Shown in pieces: positions 63,984 through 64,000 of a DNA stretch of 64,000 bases. Origin of the DNA: Rhynchobatus australiae (lineage: Eukaryota). Positions within the stretch are counted from its first letter, which is position 1; every line of letters begins with the position of its first letter. Both the position numbers and the translations under genes were made by a program. The notes beneath the pieces are model-generated. The model made no database searches. It saw only the letters and a list, made by a program, of their open reading frames with translations, and had not been told where the DNA came from. The stretch lies in assembly GCA_034780895.1 (NCBI GenBank), contig JAUZTB010000002.1, positions 86,032,035 to 86,096,034 of the forward strand, read 5' to 3'.

Positions 63984-64000
63984 ATGAAGAATGTAGATAA
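63984..64000 (+). CDS. ZC3H6: Probable start of ZC3H6-like coding exon 9 (runs off window)
   Basis: Acceptor ttttcttaacccag. Phase-0 MKNVD aligns with human VLNTD. Confidence 0.5.

Noticed and set aside
63964-64000. Alternative reading LNPDEECR* resembling human VLNTDEE as a terminal exon
   Set aside because: The tag acceptor at 63963 is out of phase with exon 8; the cag at 63983 gives in-phase MKNVD.
1-64000. CRISPR arrays, operons or other prokaryote-type systems; an additional gene in 1-22 kb
   Set aside because: The sequence is a spliced vertebrate locus. No regularly spaced repeat-spacer array was seen, and ORFs in 1-22 kb are transposon remnants or uninformative. Small unrecognised exons cannot be excluded.

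Overview
Eukaryotic, AT-rich, repeat-dense vertebrate genomic DNA with many N gaps. The repeat families (HE1-like V-SINEs, Deu-domain SINEs, CR1, RTE, Tx1 and Penelope fragments) suggest a cartilaginous fish (shark or ray). Two spliced genes lie head-to-head across a CpG island at about 38.4-39.7 kb. OARD1/TARG1 (macrodomain ADP-ribose hydrolase) is on the minus strand, with five coding exons from 29255 to 22836; exon 4 is cut by a gap. A ZC3H6/ZC3H8-type triple-CCCH zinc-finger gene is on the plus strand, with coding exons from 39861 to the window end. Most notable observations: (1) an AT-AC minor-spliceosome intron between zinc fingers 2 and 3, with an in-frame stop and AATAAA just inside it; (2) the ZC3H protein combines ZC3H8, ZC3H6 and ZC3H4 hallmarks; (3) the bidirectional promoter has mirror-symmetric motifs; (4) a Penelope-derived repeat family carries minimal hammerhead-ribozyme-like cores, often as inverted pairs; (5) a perfect 24-bp hairpin in OARD1 intron 1. 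Gene and repeat names come from recalled sequences and motifs, not database searches. Repeat boundaries are approximate.
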